Assembly: GCA_963720465.1 (NCBI GenBank)
Contig: OY970393.1
Coordinates: 2,249,765 to 2,313,764, forward strand
DNA length: 64,000 nt
Direction of reading: 5' to 3'
DNA from: Methanobacteriota archaeon
Lineage (GTDB): Archaea; Halobacteriota; Bog-38; Methanoflorentales; Methanoflorentaceae
Part shown: positions 42,490 to 52,824 of the stretch, one piece after another
Layout of the letters: every line of letters begins with the position of its first letter
Position numbering within the stretch: the first letter of the stretch is position 1
Position numbers and translations under genes: made by a program
The notes under the pieces: model-generated
Databases searched by the model: none
The model's input: the letters and a program-made list of their open reading frames with translations, nothing else
What the model was told of the DNA's origin: nothing

Positions 42490-42593
42490 TTGAAACAGAC
42501 TTGTCTCCAGTATTTTTTACATACGTCATAGACGTGCCGGGCAGCGGATGCTTGTAGTGCTTCCAATCGACTCCGCTGACCCGTGCGTAGGAT
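42490..42593 (-). repeat. Orphan integrase 3'-end fragment A
   Basis: Encodes THG-VSGVDWKHYKHPLP-HVYDV..KYWRQV with small indels. Confidence 0.85.
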
Positions 42594-42808
42594 CTAAAGG
42601 GTTTTCCTTCCTTCTTCTTCGTTCCCGCACCCTAAGTTTTTCCAAAAACATAGCGAAAGCGAGATAGCAAGGGCTAAGCATGAGTTTGCCTAGGCTCCAG
42701 CTTTGTTAATTTCCTAAAGAGATTTGCATGCGTTCGCCCACGCTTACAACGCAACTAATAACGTCTTGCCGGGCAAAGTTAAAAAAAATTTAGACTGCAA
42801 GAGTTAAT

Positions 42809-43834
42809 ATGCCCGCCATAATCAATGTCGAGCTCGACCCTGAGAAAATATACGACACAGGAAAAAAGCTTCTCCAAGACATTTATGCAATAAAAACTGC
42901 ACGTGCAGCTAAGAATGATAAAGACAAGATTGAAGGTTTCGAAAGAGGGATCAAAGAGCTTTCTATCACCAGTATTGAAATAATCACTTTTTTCGAATCT
43001 TCGACCAAGTTGCAAAACGAATTAATCGATGACCCGACAGGCTTGGCAGAAAAGTTGCAGGCATCAGCAACTGCAGCCCTGCGCGAGCCACTGCGCAAAT
43101 ATGTAGACGAACGTTCTTCGCAAGAACAGCGACATTCTTTGCAACAGCAGGTTAATAAGTGGGTTCATATGCCGCCTGAGGCGTTACAAAGAGAACTCGA
43201 ACTCACCGAACTTTTGACTTCTGGCGCCAATAAAGTCAAGATAGACGGCAAGAGTATCAAACCTGACCAATATTTAAAGAAACTAGCCAAAGAGACGACA
43301 ACGCCACTGATCGCGGAATATGGAAACGTGGGCAGACCGAGAAGTGAGACGCCAGAGATTCATTTTAAACTTATCGGCAAAGCTTACAGTTCGGAGCCAG
43401 TGAAGAGTTTGCTAATCATGGCAGCGACTGAAACAAATGTGCCTGAAAAAGAGAAATTGTGTGAATTGGCAATAGATGAGTTTATCGTCACTTACGGGAT
43501 CTTGCAAATGCAGCTACTACTAAAAGAGTGGCAAGATAATGTCACACTGATTGGCAAGCTGATCGCAGAATTAGACAAGTCAACGCGCGAAAAAGTCGTT
43601 CATCAATTCATGCTAGATCATCCAGACGTTTACGAAAAATTCAAAAAGCTATACAACGATCTACAATTGGAAATTCCGAAAATCACTCTGCCGCTTTCAG
43701 CGACGGGCAATCGCGACGCGATCGTTTGGGAAGAGTGGAGGTTAATGGCCCTCATCGTTCAGTTCATGCAACACGTGAGACAGCATGCCGATTTTGTCAG
43801 CGAATCGATAACAAAAGCTAAAATTAACTCATAG
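42809..43834 (+). CDS. Hypothetical helical protein (cargo)
   Basis: 341-aa ORF. Confidence 0.65.
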   Translation: MPAIINVELDPEKIYDTGKKLLQDIYAIKTARAAKNDKDKIEGFERGIKELSITSIEIITFFESSTKLQNELIDDPTGLAEKLQASATAALREPLRKYVDERSSQEQRHSLQQQVNKWVHMPPEALQRELELTELLTSGANKVKIDGKSIKPDQYLKKLAKETTTPLIAEYGNVGRPRSETPEIHFKLIGKAYSSEPVKSLLIMAATETNVPEKEKLCELAIDEFIVTYGILQMQLLLKEWQDNVTLIGKLIAELDKSTREKVVHQFMLDHPDVYEKFKKLYNDLQLEIPKITLPLSATGNRDAIVWEEWRLMALIVQFMQHVRQHADFVSESITKAKINS

Positions 43835-43920
43835 GCTTCAAGGGTTTTCAAAGTGAGCTAGAGCGTACGATCTCACTTTTTTACCGATCGCTCCCGGCAA
43901 AAAAGCGTCATTCACCACCT

Positions 43921-44292
43921 TCAATTTTCGCGTTGTTTAAGACCATCTTTAAATAATATAGCTTGAGTTAAGAAAGAGTCAGTTTTTTCACTTCTGTCTT
44001 CATAACTCGATGTAAGTCTTTCAATGTTCGGAACATCACCTAGTCGGATGAGTTCGTTGATGCAAGTCGTCTCTTCTTTTCGACAGTTAGTCACCAATTT
44101 TATCAGCTGATCAACGATCCCAGCAATATCATCTACTGGTGCTCCGCTCGCATCTAACTCATGTGCTTTCCTAAAAAGCGCCTTTCCTTCCTTTTGGGCT
44201 TCCATACACTTCGCTAGAGCATCTTGATAACGCTTCAGCCAAAATACGCGTTCTTCGTCGCCTTTCATTATGCCACCTTGCTGTATTTGCAC
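43921..44292 (-). CDS. Hypothetical protein (cargo)
   Basis: 123-aa ORF. Confidence 0.5.
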   Translation of the reverse strand: MQIQQGGIMKGDEERVFWLKRYQDALAKCMEAQKEGKALFRKAHELDASGAPVDDIAGIVDQLIKLVTNCRKEETTCINELIRLGDVPNIERLTSSYEDRSEKTDSFLTQAILFKDGLKQREN

Positions 44293-44420
44293 TGACTGCT
44301 TCGATAAAGCTTCCGACTAACAACGCAAAACAACTTCCGCGCACGAAGCTGTATGGCCAGATTGAGTTATAACTCGCATCGAACGTCGATAGGGGCCCCT
44401 ACCAACTCTCGCACCCATTT

Positions 44421-44518
44421 ATCAGGAAGTTGATTTTGCGCCACGACTGCATATACACGCCAAACACGTGCTCCGGCAGCGGATGCTTGTAAAACCGCCA
44501 ATCGACACCCGATACCCC
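44421..44518 (-). repeat. Orphan integrase 3'-end fragment B
   Basis: GVSGVDWRFYKHPLPEHVFGVYMQSWRKINF. Confidence 0.9.
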
Positions 44519-44583
44519 GGTAAGGCGAGTGGGAATCTGCAAAAAGAGGTCGGTCACGTTCACTGTCTAACGTTCAAAGCGGG

Positions 44584-45177
44584 TTACCCCGGCTGACCCA
44601 AAAAGAGTTTAATTACAGCGACAATGAAAGTCAGCCCAGCGAAAGCTACCCCTATAAGTGGAACGACAAGCGGGAGATTGAGATTCCTTAAACGGCCGGC
44701 TGCCTTCCCTTCTCCGACGAGCTGCTGAGCTCCTAACAATGCTAACGCATCTAGTGATCTTCCTTCATTTGTGAGCCGCATAGCATGGATTGCTAAATAT
44801 TGTGCAGCTACAGAACACGTTAAACCGCTATTCCTAAGCTTCCCGGCGGTTGAACACAGATCAACATATTCATTATATATCGATAGGGTCGAGGGCAGAG
44901 GGAGCGCCGTTTTTTCAACAAAGCGCCTCGAAATAGCATCATTTTCGCGCCTCTGTTTGTTCCTTCTATCTATGTAAACAACTACAAGCGGAACGGTCAG
45001 TAAAATGCTTATCGCTATAATCGTTTCTAAAAAAAGTGCATTAGAAACGCTGAGTGCTATAGAACTAACCGTCGTTGCAAGTGAAACAAGTGTAGCGATT
45101 ACCGCAATAATTACGGCCACCCAGCTAATTGCAACGCTCGCTTTAGAGCGGGTTGAACCGCGTCTGGCTTCATCCAT
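44584..45177 (-). CDS. Hypothetical membrane protein (cargo)
   Basis: Three hydrophobic segments. Confidence 0.6.
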   Translation of the reverse strand: MDEARRGSTRSKASVAISWVAVIIAVIATLVSLATTVSSIALSVSNALFLETIIAISILLTVPLVVVYIDRRNKQRRENDAISRRFVEKTALPLPSTLSIYNEYVDLCSTAGKLRNSGLTCSVAAQYLAIHAMRLTNEGRSLDALALLGAQQLVGEGKAAGRLRNLNLPLVVPLIGVAFAGLTFIVAVIKLFLGQPG

Positions 45178-45328
45178 AACAACCGTTGCCTGTTGAAGCT
45201 TCGTAGCACTACTAAAAACTTGTGAAATGTTTTTTCGCCGCAGGCTGTTTCTAGCGAAAAATTTTGTTTGCTTGTCATGGCGCTAGTCTGGCCATTCCTG
45301 AGTTGATGTGCTGCACTATTTGACGCAG

Positions 45329-45600
45329 TCAATGTCGGTTTTTAAAACGGGCGAAATCTACCTCTTCCCAACTCTTCATATAAACATCATAGACGTTTTC
45401 TGGCAGCGGATGCTTGTAGTGCTTCCAATCGACTCCGCTGACACCGTGCGTCATAATATAAGCCCTGTTTGACTGATCCCACCCGATAGCATCGCCATGC
45501 TGTTCGCAAAACTTGCGAAGGTCGCCTAGCACGAAATGCCCTTTGAACTGCGACATAAGGATTTGCTGCCGTTTGACACATCAAAAAAGAACCATGCCCT
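45329..45600 (-). repeat. Orphan integrase 3'-end fragment C
   Basis: GHFVLGDLRKFCEQHGDAIGWDQSNRAYIMTHGVSGVDWKHYKHPLPENVYDVYMKSW. Confidence 0.92.
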
Positions 45601-45664
45601 CCGTTGCGACGCGACAGCTGACTAGAAAGAACGCTTATAAGGCTGCAAAACGCTCTTTTTTGCG

Positions 45665-46144
45665 GTGGTAATCCACATGTCAAAAATACTGGTTGTTTAT
45701 GAGTCGAAGTACGGTAACACGAAGCGTGTGGCTGAAACGATCGTACAAGGGATGCGGCAGGTTGAAGGAATAGACCCGACGCTTAGTGACATCACAGGAG
45801 TTGACCCCAACACCATCCTTAACTATGACGCAATTGTGATCGGCGGCCCGAATCATATGGGCGGCCCTACGAGAGGCGTCAAGAAGTTTATCGATAAAAT
45901 AGGCAAGCTCTCGTTAGCAGACAAGAAATTCGCGGTATTTGATACCTACGGTGGGGGGGATTTTGAAAAGGCAACAAAGAAGATGGAGCAAAGAATGCAC
46001 GAAAAGGCCCCTGCGATGAAGGCGGTGGCTCCCGGCTTGTCTATAAAGGTCGACGGGATGAAGGGCCCCATTAGTGAAGGGGAGCTTCCAAAGTGCGAGG
46101 AGTTTGGAGCGCAGATAGCGATGCAGCTGAAGGCTGCAACTTGA
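45665..46144 (+). CDS. Flavodoxin
   Basis: VYESKYGNT, YDAIVIGGP and AVFDTY motifs. Confidence 0.9.
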   Translation: MVIHMSKILVVYESKYGNTKRVAETIVQGMRQVEGIDPTLSDITGVDPNTILNYDAIVIGGPNHMGGPTRGVKKFIDKIGKLSLADKKFAVFDTYGGGDFEKATKKMEQRMHEKAPAMKAVAPGLSIKVDGMKGPISEGELPKCEEFGAQIAMQLKAAT

Positions 46145-46269
46145 TCACGCGACAGTGCGCCTCTCAAGTTAATTGCATCTCTCCTCATCCACGGCCGCAA
46201 CACCGGCAGGCCGCGAACGCGAAAAGAGTGGCACGGTGAGAGGGTTTCTTTGTAATTGCACCAAAGGAG

Positions 46270-46597
46270 ATGAAAAACGTGAAGATAGGTATTATGGTCT
46301 ATTCAAACGACCCTGAGACCATATGGAACGCCTTTCGATTCGGCAACTACGCGGTGAACGAGGGTGAGAACGTAAGGGTCTTCCTGTTAGGGAAGGGCGT
46401 GCAGAGCGAATCTCTTGACACTGAACAATTTCAAATCACTCAGCAAATGCGCTCGTTCGTCGAGAGGCGGGGCGATAGCGGCGTGCGAGACGTGCCTTAA
46501 AATCCATCACTTAGGAGGCTCGGAGCTATGCCCAATATCGACCCTGGCCGATTTGCACTCTCTCGTAGTCGAAAGCGACAGGCTTGTTATCTTTTAA
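46270..46597 (+). pseudogene. DsrE family protein, frameshifted
   Basis: SNDPETIWNAFRFGN, VFLLGKGV, then ACETCLK...CPIST in another frame. Confidence 0.8.
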
Positions 46598-46706
46598 ATA
46601 GATTAGCAAAGCGAGTGCATTTGTCTTAAGATATCACTATTAAATCAAAAAACAAAAAATAACTGAACCTTAAGCGACGCACAAACTAGATTTAGTCTGC
46701 GAATGG

Positions 46707-46994
46707 GTGGGAGGTGAGACATTGCAGAGCGACGAAGAACTGATGAGGTTAGCTCGAAAACGCGCTGAAGAGAGGGTCGGATTCTACATACACTTCACGA
46801 TTTACGTAGTGGTGAACCTTTTCCTCGTCGCCGTGTGGTGGTTTACCGGTGCCGGGTTCCCGTGGTTCGTCTTTGTGCTCGGTTTCTGGGGAATCGGATT
46901 AGTTGCACACGGCGCGAGCGTCTTTATGGGGGGTGGAATGACGGATAGGATCACTGAACGAGAATATCGGAAACTTAAACGAGGCAAGGAATAG
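46707..46994 (+). CDS. 2TM domain protein
   Basis: GFYIHFTIYVVVN...FPWF....FWGIGL.AH. Confidence 0.85.
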   Translation: MGGETLQSDEELMRLARKRAEERVGFYIHFTIYVVVNLFLVAVWWFTGAGFPWFVFVLGFWGIGLVAHGASVFMGGGMTDRITEREYRKLKRGKE

Positions 46995-47015
46995 CGAGCG
47001 GCCTTTTTAACTGGG

Positions 47016-47100
47016 CTAAGCGCCGAGTCTCACATCTTTCCAGTACTTCATGCAGACGTCATAAACGTACTCTTGTAGCGGATGCTTGTAAAACCGCCAA
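47016..47100 (-). repeat. Orphan integrase 3'-end fragment D
   Basis: WRFYKHPLQEYVYDVCMKYWKDVRLGA*. Confidence 0.9.
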
Positions 47101-47139
47101 ATTTGTTTATAGCGGCTGAGACTACTTCATCGACAACCT

Positions 47140-47646
47140 ATGCCAATGATTCAAGAATTGCTGTCAGATCACAGTGCCACCATTCGCGAGATAATCAATG
47201 ATGCTGCGAACGCGTACAAAGGCGTCATCCCGGATGACCGATGGAAAGAGCCCTACATGTCAGCTGAAGAACTCACCGATGAAATAGGAGCTGGCGTTCG
47301 ATTCTACGGATGGATCCAAGACGGCTTGCTGCTCGGTGTCGCAGGTATTCAGCACTTAGGTGACGTTGATTTGATCCGACACTGCTATGTGCGCACCGAA
47401 TGCCAGAGTCGCGGCATAGGTGGTGCCCTGCTGCAACACCTTCTGAGTCTTGCACAGGCCTCTCTGATCTTGGTGGGCACGTGGGAAAACGCGTCGTGGG
47501 CAGTTCGGTTTTATGAGCGCCATGGATTCGCGTTGGTTACGCGCGAGGAAACGAATGCCCTCCTGCAAGAGTCCTGGAACATTCCAAGGCGGCAAGTCGA
47601 AACATCGGTTGTGCTTAAGAAAAGACTTCCAGATTCACTGAACTGA
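47140..47646 (+). CDS. GNAT family N-acetyltransferase
   Basis: IINDAA.AYKGVIP, QSRGIGGALL and AVRFYERHGF motifs. Confidence 0.9.
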   Translation: MPMIQELLSDHSATIREIINDAANAYKGVIPDDRWKEPYMSAEELTDEIGAGVRFYGWIQDGLLLGVAGIQHLGDVDLIRHCYVRTECQSRGIGGALLQHLLSLAQASLILVGTWENASWAVRFYERHGFALVTREETNALLQESWNIPRRQVETSVVLKKRLPDSLN

Positions 47647-47736
47647 GAGTCTTAAGCATCAAAAATGATCTTCTGGCAGCGAAAAACCTCAACCCTAAAC
47701 TCGCGTGAAAAAAACTTGTAAGCTTCATACTAGAGG

Positions 47737-48768
47737 TCAGACTTTGAAGTTTACATCCCTCCAATACTGCATGTAAGCGTCGTAGACGTGCTCAGGCAAC
47801 GGATGCTTGTAAAATCGCCAATCGACTCCGGAGACGCCGTGTGTGAGAATGTAGTTCTTGTTGCTTTGATCCCATTGAATGATGTCGCCATGCTGCTCAG
47901 CGAATTTGCGAAGGTCACCGCAGACGAAGTGCCCGCCATTCACTAAAGGAATTTTTTTCCTCCTCGCCCATTTGTCGAAGTATTCATGCGCAAATATGCG
48001 GGTGTCGTCTTTTCGATTTCTGCCGTCTAGAAGCGGTGTCACAGCGTCAACAACACAAGGGTGTAATGGCACATAGTGCTGCATCCTGATTTTATCCTGT
48101 TGCGGCAGCACGTCAAGCACCGAAGGATCGCGCCGTAGAGCGGCCTGAAACTGCCCGACGGTCAGTTTGCGGATGGTGGCGAGAGGGCGTTGCCCTGTGT
48201 ATGCACTGAACAAAACAAGAGCCGTGTAGTTTTGGCGCTGTCGCGCGGTAAACTCATGGTTTTGACCGCCTTCTTCTATAGCGGATAGCAAATTTTTGAT
48301 ATCCTGTATCGTTGCAATACGTTGTGTTATCCGTTTGCTTTCCTTGACCGTTTTAGGCATCTCTAAAAACAGGTCAAACTCCTTATATCGCGTGTCGAAC
48401 CGCGTCTTCGTGAGATAACGTAGGAACGCTTTGGCGAAGTTCAGCATCTTACGTTTTGAATAGATGCCCGTGTATTTGGTGAGAACGAATTCACGGAACG
48501 CTTCTATTCGTGCTTTGTTTATCACGCCCTTCGTGACGTTCCAAAACGTCACCGAACACTTGTTAATCCATGGAATAGTCGCCGCAGTCACGCCTATACA
48601 TCGAAACGCAGTGTAATCAGTGAGTTCTTCCTCTCCGTACTCAAGTTCGAGCGACATCAGGGATTGGTGATGCCGCTGGTCGGGTGTCTTCGGTTCCTGC
48701 TCTTCTGTGCTCGCACAAGTAAGCTCATTCTTGGGTTTATATTCAAAAAGCCGCCCTGTGGAGGCCAC
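47737..48768 (-). CDS. Integrase C-terminal (catalytic) fragment int(C) of element 1
   Basis: Begins inside att; YTGQRP (R), DK, DLRKF and THG...FY tyrosine-recombinase residues. Confidence 0.9.
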   Translation of the reverse strand: MASTGRLFEYKPKNELTCASTEEQEPKTPDQRHHQSLMSLELEYGEEELTDYTAFRCIGVTAATIPWINKCSVTFWNVTKGVINKARIEAFREFVLTKYTGIYSKRKMLNFAKAFLRYLTKTRFDTRYKEFDLFLEMPKTVKESKRITQRIATIQDIKNLLSAIEEGGQNHEFTARQRQNYTALVLFSAYTGQRPLATIRKLTVGQFQAALRRDPSVLDVLPQQDKIRMQHYVPLHPCVVDAVTPLLDGRNRKDDTRIFAHEYFDKWARRKKIPLVNGGHFVCGDLRKFAEQHGDIIQWDQSNKNYILTHGVSGVDWRFYKHPLPEHVYDAYMQYWRDVNFKV

Positions 48769-49021
48769 GACGCGGGTTCGAATCTCGCCCTCGGCCTTTG
48801 ATTTTCTCTCTTGGCGCTGCCGAGCTAGTGGTTTCGCAAAATTGCTGTGTCAGCGCGTCTATCTTTGACTCTAAAGACTCAAGACGTTTTTCTGTAGAGG
48901 CGTGGTCTTTCGCTGTATGCATGAGGGTATCTACTGCCTCACTCAACGTTTTTCCTTCACATAAGGCACGGGCTTTTAAGGCTGAATAAACATCTTCATC
49001 AAGGCGGACCATCTTCGACAT
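48743..49021 (-). CDS. Probable int(N) of a second, tandem element (RHH-like plus coiled coil)
   Basis: Reads into att as GRGRDSNPRRGLHRA; EKRLESLESKI resembles ESRLSSLEFEI of the first int(N). Confidence 0.65.
   Translation of the reverse strand: MSKMVRLDEDVYSALKARALCEGKTLSEAVDTLMHTAKDHASTEKRLESLESKIDALTQQFCETTSSAAPREKIKGRGRDSNPRRGLHRAAF
48753..48809 (+). repeat. att direct repeat copy 2
   Basis: Identical to 26847-26903. Confidence 0.95.
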
Positions 49022-49029
49022 GATGTATG

Positions 49030-49147
49030 CGTCCTATATGCGTTGCGTTTGTCGTCGTTGTTGCGTTACTTGCCGCCTGATTGCTGCTAGTTGATGATGT
49101 GCAACCTGCTATTGCTAAAGAGGTAACCATCACAAGCACGATAATAG
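49030..49147 (-). pseudogene. Lipoprotein 5' remnant
   Basis: MEKK-LLAIIVLVMVTSLAIAGCTSSTS with a frameshift in a poly-A run. Confidence 0.55.
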
Positions 49148-49402
49148 CTAACAACTTTTTTTTCCATACACGTCACTCTCTGAGGGGAAAATAAATCAAA
49201 AGCGTAAAAAGGCGGCGCGATAGCTTAAGTGTTGTCGTTTTGCTGCGGTCAGTTTCCCGCATCGATGAAAGGATTTGTTACGCGTGGACTCGCCGTAATA
49301 CGAGCTAATTACAACAACGTTTATTAGAAAAGAGCGTAAAACTACTCAGTTTCAAAAATAGGCGGCCGTAAACTATTGCCGCTAAGTAGCTAGGAGGCGA
49401 CC

Positions 49403-50074
49403 ATGAAAAAATATCTCGCCATACTCCTTATTGCGATAATGGCCACCACGGTCCTGAGTGCTGCAGGCGTCGTGACGACGCAGAAGGTGGCGGCAGTCCC
49501 TTCATCCACTCCCGTTGTCGTTAAATATCGCCCAGGCGCGACGTACATCTTTACCCCGTCACAGTTTAATGTAAGAACTTCGGTTAATTTTGGGTCGCTA
49601 GGCTCGAAATCGTTTGCGGCAACGTTCAACAACGCGCTTCGCACGTACGCAATCACGACACAGATTGGACAAGCAGCACAAGGCGATGCACAGATAGGCA
49701 TGGCCTGGCGGCTCACGCTGCCGTCGCACGGACCGTATTCCAACTGGGCTTACGTGGTAACACTACCGTGCCGAGTTACGGTCACGTTGGCTTATGACGT
49801 TTCAGCAAATGGACCCAACATAAACACCTGCGCTACAGCACGAGCACTCGTGGCGCATAACGCGCAAGGTGCTACCGTCTTCGGCAATGATCCCATACAT
49901 ACGCAGATTGGCATAAGGAGGCTAACCTTCGTAAGCAGCGTTGGACAAGTGTTTTCGTCTGGCGGCTTTGTTGGACTTGCGCGAATCCAAGCGGTAAGTC
50001 TAATGCAAGACGTGGGACAAGCACACGCGTCGCTCATTTGCAGCAGCATTGTGCTCGAGTTCCCGGCCAGTTAA
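49403..50074 (+). CDS. Secreted protein family member 1
   Basis: Signal peptide, YRPGATYIFTPSQFN...IVLEFP; hairpin plus T-run terminator follows. Confidence 0.75.
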   Translation: MKKYLAILLIAIMATTVLSAAGVVTTQKVAAVPSSTPVVVKYRPGATYIFTPSQFNVRTSVNFGSLGSKSFAATFNNALRTYAITTQIGQAAQGDAQIGMAWRLTLPSHGPYSNWAYVVTLPCRVTVTLAYDVSANGPNINTCATARALVAHNAQGATVFGNDPIHTQIGIRRLTFVSSVGQVFSSGGFVGLARIQAVSLMQDVGQAHASLICSSIVLEFPAS

Positions 50075-50502
50075 GTTAAGCGATTGGGGTTTGCCTCCCC
50101 ACCTCTTTTTTTTTACCACTCTTTCGGCTCACTAGTCGTTTCGGTAGTCGACTAGTTTGAATATGAGCCTATCGACTTCCAGGCAATTGTTGTTCCGGGG
50201 TGAAAAGTGGGTTTACATCTGGGTATTTCTTCTCAAAAAGTAGGGTGAAACTAAGGTAAAATGACCGCTCGGCTGTTTGGTCGCGTTCCATATCGCCGCG
50301 CGGCCTGCAATGCGTGTACTTCTCGCACCTTTGGCAGTTCATTATTTGCGCATTTCAGGAAAGCAGCGTAACGAGGCGAGGCATATCTGCGTAGTTTAAC
50401 GTGTTTATAGCAACAGGGTCCACATCAATGGTCTATAAGGGTTGGTTGCTCGGCAATCCTGGCAGAAAAAAAGAGGTGGGAGCGCGAACTCCCTTTCAGT
50501 TC

Positions 50503-51195
50503 TTAACCCAGCGCTTGTGGAAACTCAATTATGATGTAGTCAAGGTGGCAAACCGCTGAAGCACTGCCCGCAGACCCTGGCGGCCAATTAAATGGTATAG
50601 TGAGGACTTCGGCGCCAGGATTTGAAGCCATCGTCTCGCGAGTTTGAGGGTAAAAAACATCTCCCACCGTGCTTACAAAGGTCACCGTCTGCGTCCCGCT
50701 CTGTGCCCGGTTCTCTGAAAATTTATCCCACTGGGGATTCCCGGCTGAGACGCTGACAGATGCCTCAGCCCCTCCCTTCGCTACTAGATTGTAACTCAGA
50801 TGCATAGTTATCTTGCACGGCTCTTGAGAAAGTGACCACCAGCTACCGCGCATCTGCACAAGAACCCCCGTCGTTGCCCAAGAAAGCGGACGGTAGCTCT
50901 GTTGGGCAGGGGAAACGCGCATTGCTGAGAACGCGAAACCGCTGAATGCGGCCTCTGAATGGACCCATCCACTCGCTCCACGCGTATTGTAACTTGACCC
51001 ATCGTTATTGAACTGGATTGGCGCGAAGATGTACTTCGCCCCCGGCCTGTAGGCGATATCGATTGGCGTCGGTTGCGTGGACGCGGACGCGGCTGCGACC
51101 TTCGGCGACGTCGTTACGGCAATAGCACCGCAGGCGCTGAGCGCCATAATCGCGACCATCGCGGTGGCAATAACGGTTCTTCTTGTTGTGTTCAT
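50503..51195 (-). CDS. Secreted protein family member 2
   Basis: Signal peptide, YRPGAKYIFAPIQFN...IIIEFP. Confidence 0.75.
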   Translation of the reverse strand: MNTTRRTVIATAMVAIMALSACGAIAVTTSPKVAAASASTQPTPIDIAYRPGAKYIFAPIQFNNDGSSYNTRGASGWVHSEAAFSGFAFSAMRVSPAQQSYRPLSWATTGVLVQMRGSWWSLSQEPCKITMHLSYNLVAKGGAEASVSVSAGNPQWDKFSENRAQSGTQTVTFVSTVGDVFYPQTRETMASNPGAEVLTIPFNWPPGSAGSASAVCHLDYIIIEFPQALG

Positions 51196-51694
51196 TCATC
51201 CTCCCCGATGTTACCTTACTATCTCATAAAGACAAAGAAATCATAGAATCCGTTTTCTGTGAGCACCTGGCCAGCAGATGTCTCACACCCGCGAGTTCAA
51301 GCCTCAGCCGTGGCATGACACCCCCCCCGGTCCGCTCTGAAAGCCCCCCGACGCTTGTGCTGTGGGTTTGGCGGTTGCCGGCACGACAAGCACCGCTGAG
51401 CAGAGTAGCACGCTGATGACAACGAAGGCAGCAACCGCATATCTCTTCACCGTAGGTCACCTCCTCTTATCTTCTTTCATCAGGCGGCTGCGATGCTGCA
51501 ACCGCCGGTGTTGACAAGCTAGAAATTATCTTGCTCTCACGCAATAAACGTTGTCGTTTCGGCTTTGTCAATATTGCGTTATTTTATCAGTTAGACGGTG
51601 CAATCCTCTTTTTTGGCGTAAAATCGGAAGGTATGAGCTTGTTGCACCGCTCTTTTTACGCAAAAATGGCGAAAGCCGATATATGGAGAAAGCT

Positions 51695-52338
51695 ATGAGA
51701 GGCAAAAAAGTTCTTGCCATGTTTTTAATCGCGCTGATTGCGACGACGGTCGTGGCCGCTACCAGCGTCGTGACCACGGAAAAAGCCGCCGCGCAACCGG
51801 TCGACCCCATCATACTTTACAAACTAGGAATGACATATTTCTTCGGGCCGTCTCAGTTTAATGAACACTCTGCAGCGTCCGTAAGTTTGCCACCTGGTGC
51901 ACGGGATTCGGCAACGAGCGCCGGTGGCCTCGTGTACGCGTCGATTATCACGACGGCGCAAATCAGTGGGAGCCAAGCCTTAACTGGAATCTCCTGGCAG
52001 CTTAATCTAGCCGGGGCGGACTGGAGTACCGTCCAGGGCAAGACATGTACAATCACCGTCACGATGGTCTATCTTCTCCAAGCCAAGAGCGATTACTCTA
52101 CTCGCGCGTCCGTGCAATGGATTGCCGCGGGGAACCAGCAAGATATTGTGCGAGGCAATAGCCAACACACTCAAAGCTAGTGATGACGACCTGGACGCGA
52201 ACTACCACGGTCGGCTCCATGTTCAACAACGGGTACGGAGAGAGCCGAGTCATGGTTCAGGCTATCAGGAACCCCGCAGGTGCGGGGCAGGCCTCTGCGA
52301 CGGCACTTGTCACGGGCATGACGCTGAGATTTAACTAG
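51695..52338 (+). pseudogene. Secreted protein family member 3, interrupted near 52180
   Basis: YKLGMTYFFGPSQFN; premature stop, with C-terminal part in another frame. Confidence 0.65.
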
Positions 52339-52824
52339 TTCGGAAAAACCGGCGGGAGCGTCAGCTCCCACTCTTCTTTTTGGCTGGAAATAACTCTATA
52401 AATCGGTGAAAAAGGTTGAAAACTGAGTTTTTTGGCCGCTAACCTTTTTATGTCAAAAAGTTATGGCGAGCATCGAGGGCCGCAGCAACGCAGTTGGCGT
52501 TTGAAATAACCATAGGATACGTGAACCCAAAGCCTCCTCCACCCCTTCGACTTTTCGCGGTCGCGTCAACTCTTTCTTCAGAAGCACTTTTAGCTAAAAC
52601 TACCAGGTGACCCTTGCTGAGTTTACCTTAATCGGGTCAAAAGAATAGTGTGAAGCCGAATAGCCGTGTAACCTGTTCCACATTTGGACTGCGTGAGACA
52701 GAAAGAATAAGAGCCTGGGACGCCGTACGTCGCTTCCCGGTAGCTTTTGGAGGATGACACGTCTCAGAAAGTCAGCTTCTTGTGGGCATTGTGACGTAAG
52801 CGAGGGCACCTTGGCACATCCGCT

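Larger units (their letters stand above)
26847..48809. mobile_element. ~22 kb element integrated in tRNA-His (plasmid- or satellite-like, split SSV1-type integrase)
   Basis: 57-bp att repeats, int(N) and int(C) at opposite ends, P4-type helicase, ParB. Confidence 0.9.

Noticed and set aside
48753-48796. Second tRNA-His gene
   Set aside because: Only the 3' half is present; it is the att duplication.
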